From the human T2T-CHM13v2.0 reference genome, Homo sapiens, in NCBI RefSeq assembly GCF_009914755.1, contig NC_060941.1: a DNA stretch of 64,000 bases; one strand, 5' to 3'. The notes beneath the pieces were generated by a model. That model was not told where the DNA came from, made no database searches, and saw only the letters and a program-made list of their open reading frames with translations. The first letter of the stretch is position 1. Each line of letters begins with the position of its first letter. A program made the translations under genes and the position numbers. Shown piece after piece: positions 61,565 through 64,000 of the stretch.

Positions 61565-62809
61565 TAACAGTTCAAATCTCTTGCCCATTTCTCATTGGGT
61601 TTTTAAAATATTTTTGAGTTTTGAGAGATTTTAAATATATTTTGGATAAAGAACTTTATTGCATGAATATTTTGCATAGATTTTTCTCCCAGTCAATGTC
61701 TTGGCTTTTCATTTGCTTAGCAATGTCCTTTAAAAAGCAGATATTAAGACAAAATTTACTCAAGTCCAGTATATCCATTTTTTTCTTTATGCATTATCCT
61801 TTTAATTTAAGAAACATTTGCATAACCCAAGGTCTCAGAGATTTTCTCTCACGTTTCTGGTGATTCATTTTACATTAATTTCCTCAATGTTGTAAATTCA
61901 AAGATGCATGGCGGATTGGTTGAGTCAGGTTAATGTTTTTCTCGCTACCTTGAGGTGCCTCAAGGTATGATGTGAGAACCCGTGCGATTAACATCATTCT
62001 CTACCTAGAACCTATGATGTTCTTGGAAAATGTATTCAAAATGAGTTGCAGTTACAGCTAATATGTATGTCTAACTGAATGGATATATATTCTCTCACAC
62101 TCTCTCATTTAGCTCAGCGGTAGCAAAGATCAAAGTCAGGTGGATAATGAAATTTCCATCATTTCATTCTAGGAATAATTTCACTTAATCCTCTGGTACT
62201 GCCACCAGTGCACTTTCAATATTAAATTGGAACCTGAATTTCCAACAAAACTTAATGAAGATAGTTCTTATATCCTTGTGGGTGGCTTGCTTATATATAA
62301 GAATTAAGAGACCTGGCACCTTCTCTTTGCTTTCAAAGGCAGTAAGAGGAGACTTAAAATAGTATATTTTCAGATAATTAAAAGTTTAATGTGAATCTGA
62401 AAAACTTAAAAGAAAAATAGATGTGTCCTTATAATTTTATAATTTACATTCCTTTAACTGAACACAGCTAGTTGTAGGAGATGTGCCTGAATGTCTTAAA
62501 GGTCAAAATAATCCAATTAAAGAGACATAGATGGATTTTATGTGAGTTCATTTCACCAGATATGAAATATGCTATCTCTTATGTTGCAGTATGAAAATGT
62601 TAAACAGACATTTCTGATGGTGACTTAGGATGGACATGGCAAGGGTGGGTAAGATTAGGCAGTTGTAGTAACTAGCAGGCTGAATGCCTTCCAAAACCTT
62701 GCCAGGATTCATGAGGCATATGCAAGTCAGAGGATGAAAAGGAAGTCAAGGAGGCGTGTGATATTTTATTAAGATAACTGCTTAGTAAAAAACATTATTT
62801 CACTTCATT

Positions 62810-63400
62810 TTCACTCACATTTATTTATTCATTTACTCATTCAATTTTCATTGAGTACTTAGGTTTAGGGCACTATGCTAGGTCTTAGAAAAGATATATA
62901 GATAATAATATACTATTTCTGTTCTCCAAGTGCTTACAGACTTAGTTTGGATATTAAAAATACATCAAAGAAGAAAAAAGAAAAAGAAAAATGGAATTCA
63001 AAAGGTGGAAATATGTGGTCTTTCTTTTTTTATTTTTATTTTTTATTTTTTATTTTTTAATTTTATTATTATTATACTTTAAGCTTTAGGGTACATGTGC
63101 ACAACGTGCAGGTTTGTTACATATGTATACATGTGCCATGTTAGTGTGCTGCACCCATTAACTCGTCATTTAGCATTAGGTTTCAGTGCAGTCAGAATTG
63201 TTTTGTTTTTGTTGTTTAGTGAGGAAGTTCAGAAGTTTCTTAGTGGAGAAATGAATTTGAGTTGCAAATCTGAATGAACGAAGAAATGAATAAACTATCT
63301 AGAAATGTAGGATAAAGCCCTCTAAGCCATGAGGACAGTATGAAAAAAGTATAGAGGTAAGAGAGCCCAAAGAGTGTATAAAAACACCAAACTGTTCAAA
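62810..63400 (-). mobile_element. L2 3' remnant containing a short L1 insertion
   Basis: cattt/attc repeats then ttgagtacttagg...gcactatgctaggt, the antisense L2 3' terminus. Confidence 0.6.
63021..63181 (-). mobile_element. Very short L1PA 3' end
   Basis: T-rich tail then tatactttaag...gtacatgtgcacaacgtgcagg...cattaactcgtcatttagcattagg. Confidence 0.93.
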
Positions 63401-63655
63401 TTTAGTTGTATTGAATATTAAGGAGAAAAAAAAGACAAAGATTGAAAAAACTCTGAAAATGTTCTTATGTTCTGTTTATATGTACTGTACCACCTAATGG
63501 AGTGTAAATTGGCTAAATTGTTTTCAAAATATCCATTTTTTTAATGGTTTGGATGTGGGTTACAATGCAAAAATCAAAGTTTCTGCTGAGGTTAAACAAT
63601 TTGCCTCAGCATTGGGCCCAGAATACTTACTTGACCATCCAATTGGCACGAACCC

Positions 63656-64000
63656 TGTAATGGTTAATTTCACACATTAACTTGACTTGACTGGGCCACA
63701 GAGTGCCCAGATATTTTGTCAAACATTATTTTGAGTATTTTGGTGAGGGTGTTTTTGGATGAAATTAACATTTAAATTGGTAGACTGAATAAGGCTGATT
63801 ACCCTCCCTAATGTGAATGGGCCTCATCTAGTCCGTTTAATAAGGCATTAGCCTGATCCTCTTCCAAGTAAGAGAGAATTCTCCTGCCCCATGGCCTTTG
63901 AATTAAAACATCAGCTCTTCCTGTTTCTGCAGCAGAGTCTGGCATTTGTAGCCAAACTGGGACACTGGTCTGCAGATTTTGGACTTGCCAGTCTCCATAA
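63656..64000 (+). mobile_element. MLT2 (C/D-like) ERVL LTR, runs off the window end
   Basis: tgtaatggttaatttc...ttgactgggccac...gtgtttttggatgaaattaacattt...gattaccctccctaatgtgaatgggcctcatc. Confidence 0.85.

Overview
This is primate (human-like) non-coding genomic DNA, intronic or intergenic, AT-rich and dominated by interspersed repeats. I count 21 dimeric Alus plus one monomer. It also holds several L1s, including a ~4.9 kb old L1M/L1MB and a young twin-primed, 5'-inverted L1PA with a 16-bp TSD. Other repeats are L2 and MIR remnants, solo LTRs (MER4A, MER41A, MER34-like, THE1C/D, MSTA/B, MLT1, MLT2) and hAT DNA-transposon fossils (MER5, MER58A, MER94, MER112). I recognise no host protein-coding exon: the interpretable ORFs are Alu, L1 or L2 translation products. 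I cannot name the locus. I see no evidence for a new multi-gene biological system. The most distinctive observations are: (i) a tailless retrocopy of the 5' half of tRNA-Lys(CTT) whose anticodon loop was later hit by an Alu; (ii) the twin-primed L1; (iii) a CpG-retaining, promoter-like patch at ~38.5-38.9 kb; and (iv) a THE1C LTR with three clustered E-boxes. Repeat subfamily names were assigned by eye from remembered consensus sequences and need RepeatMasker/Dfam confirmation. Boundaries of old elements are approximate.
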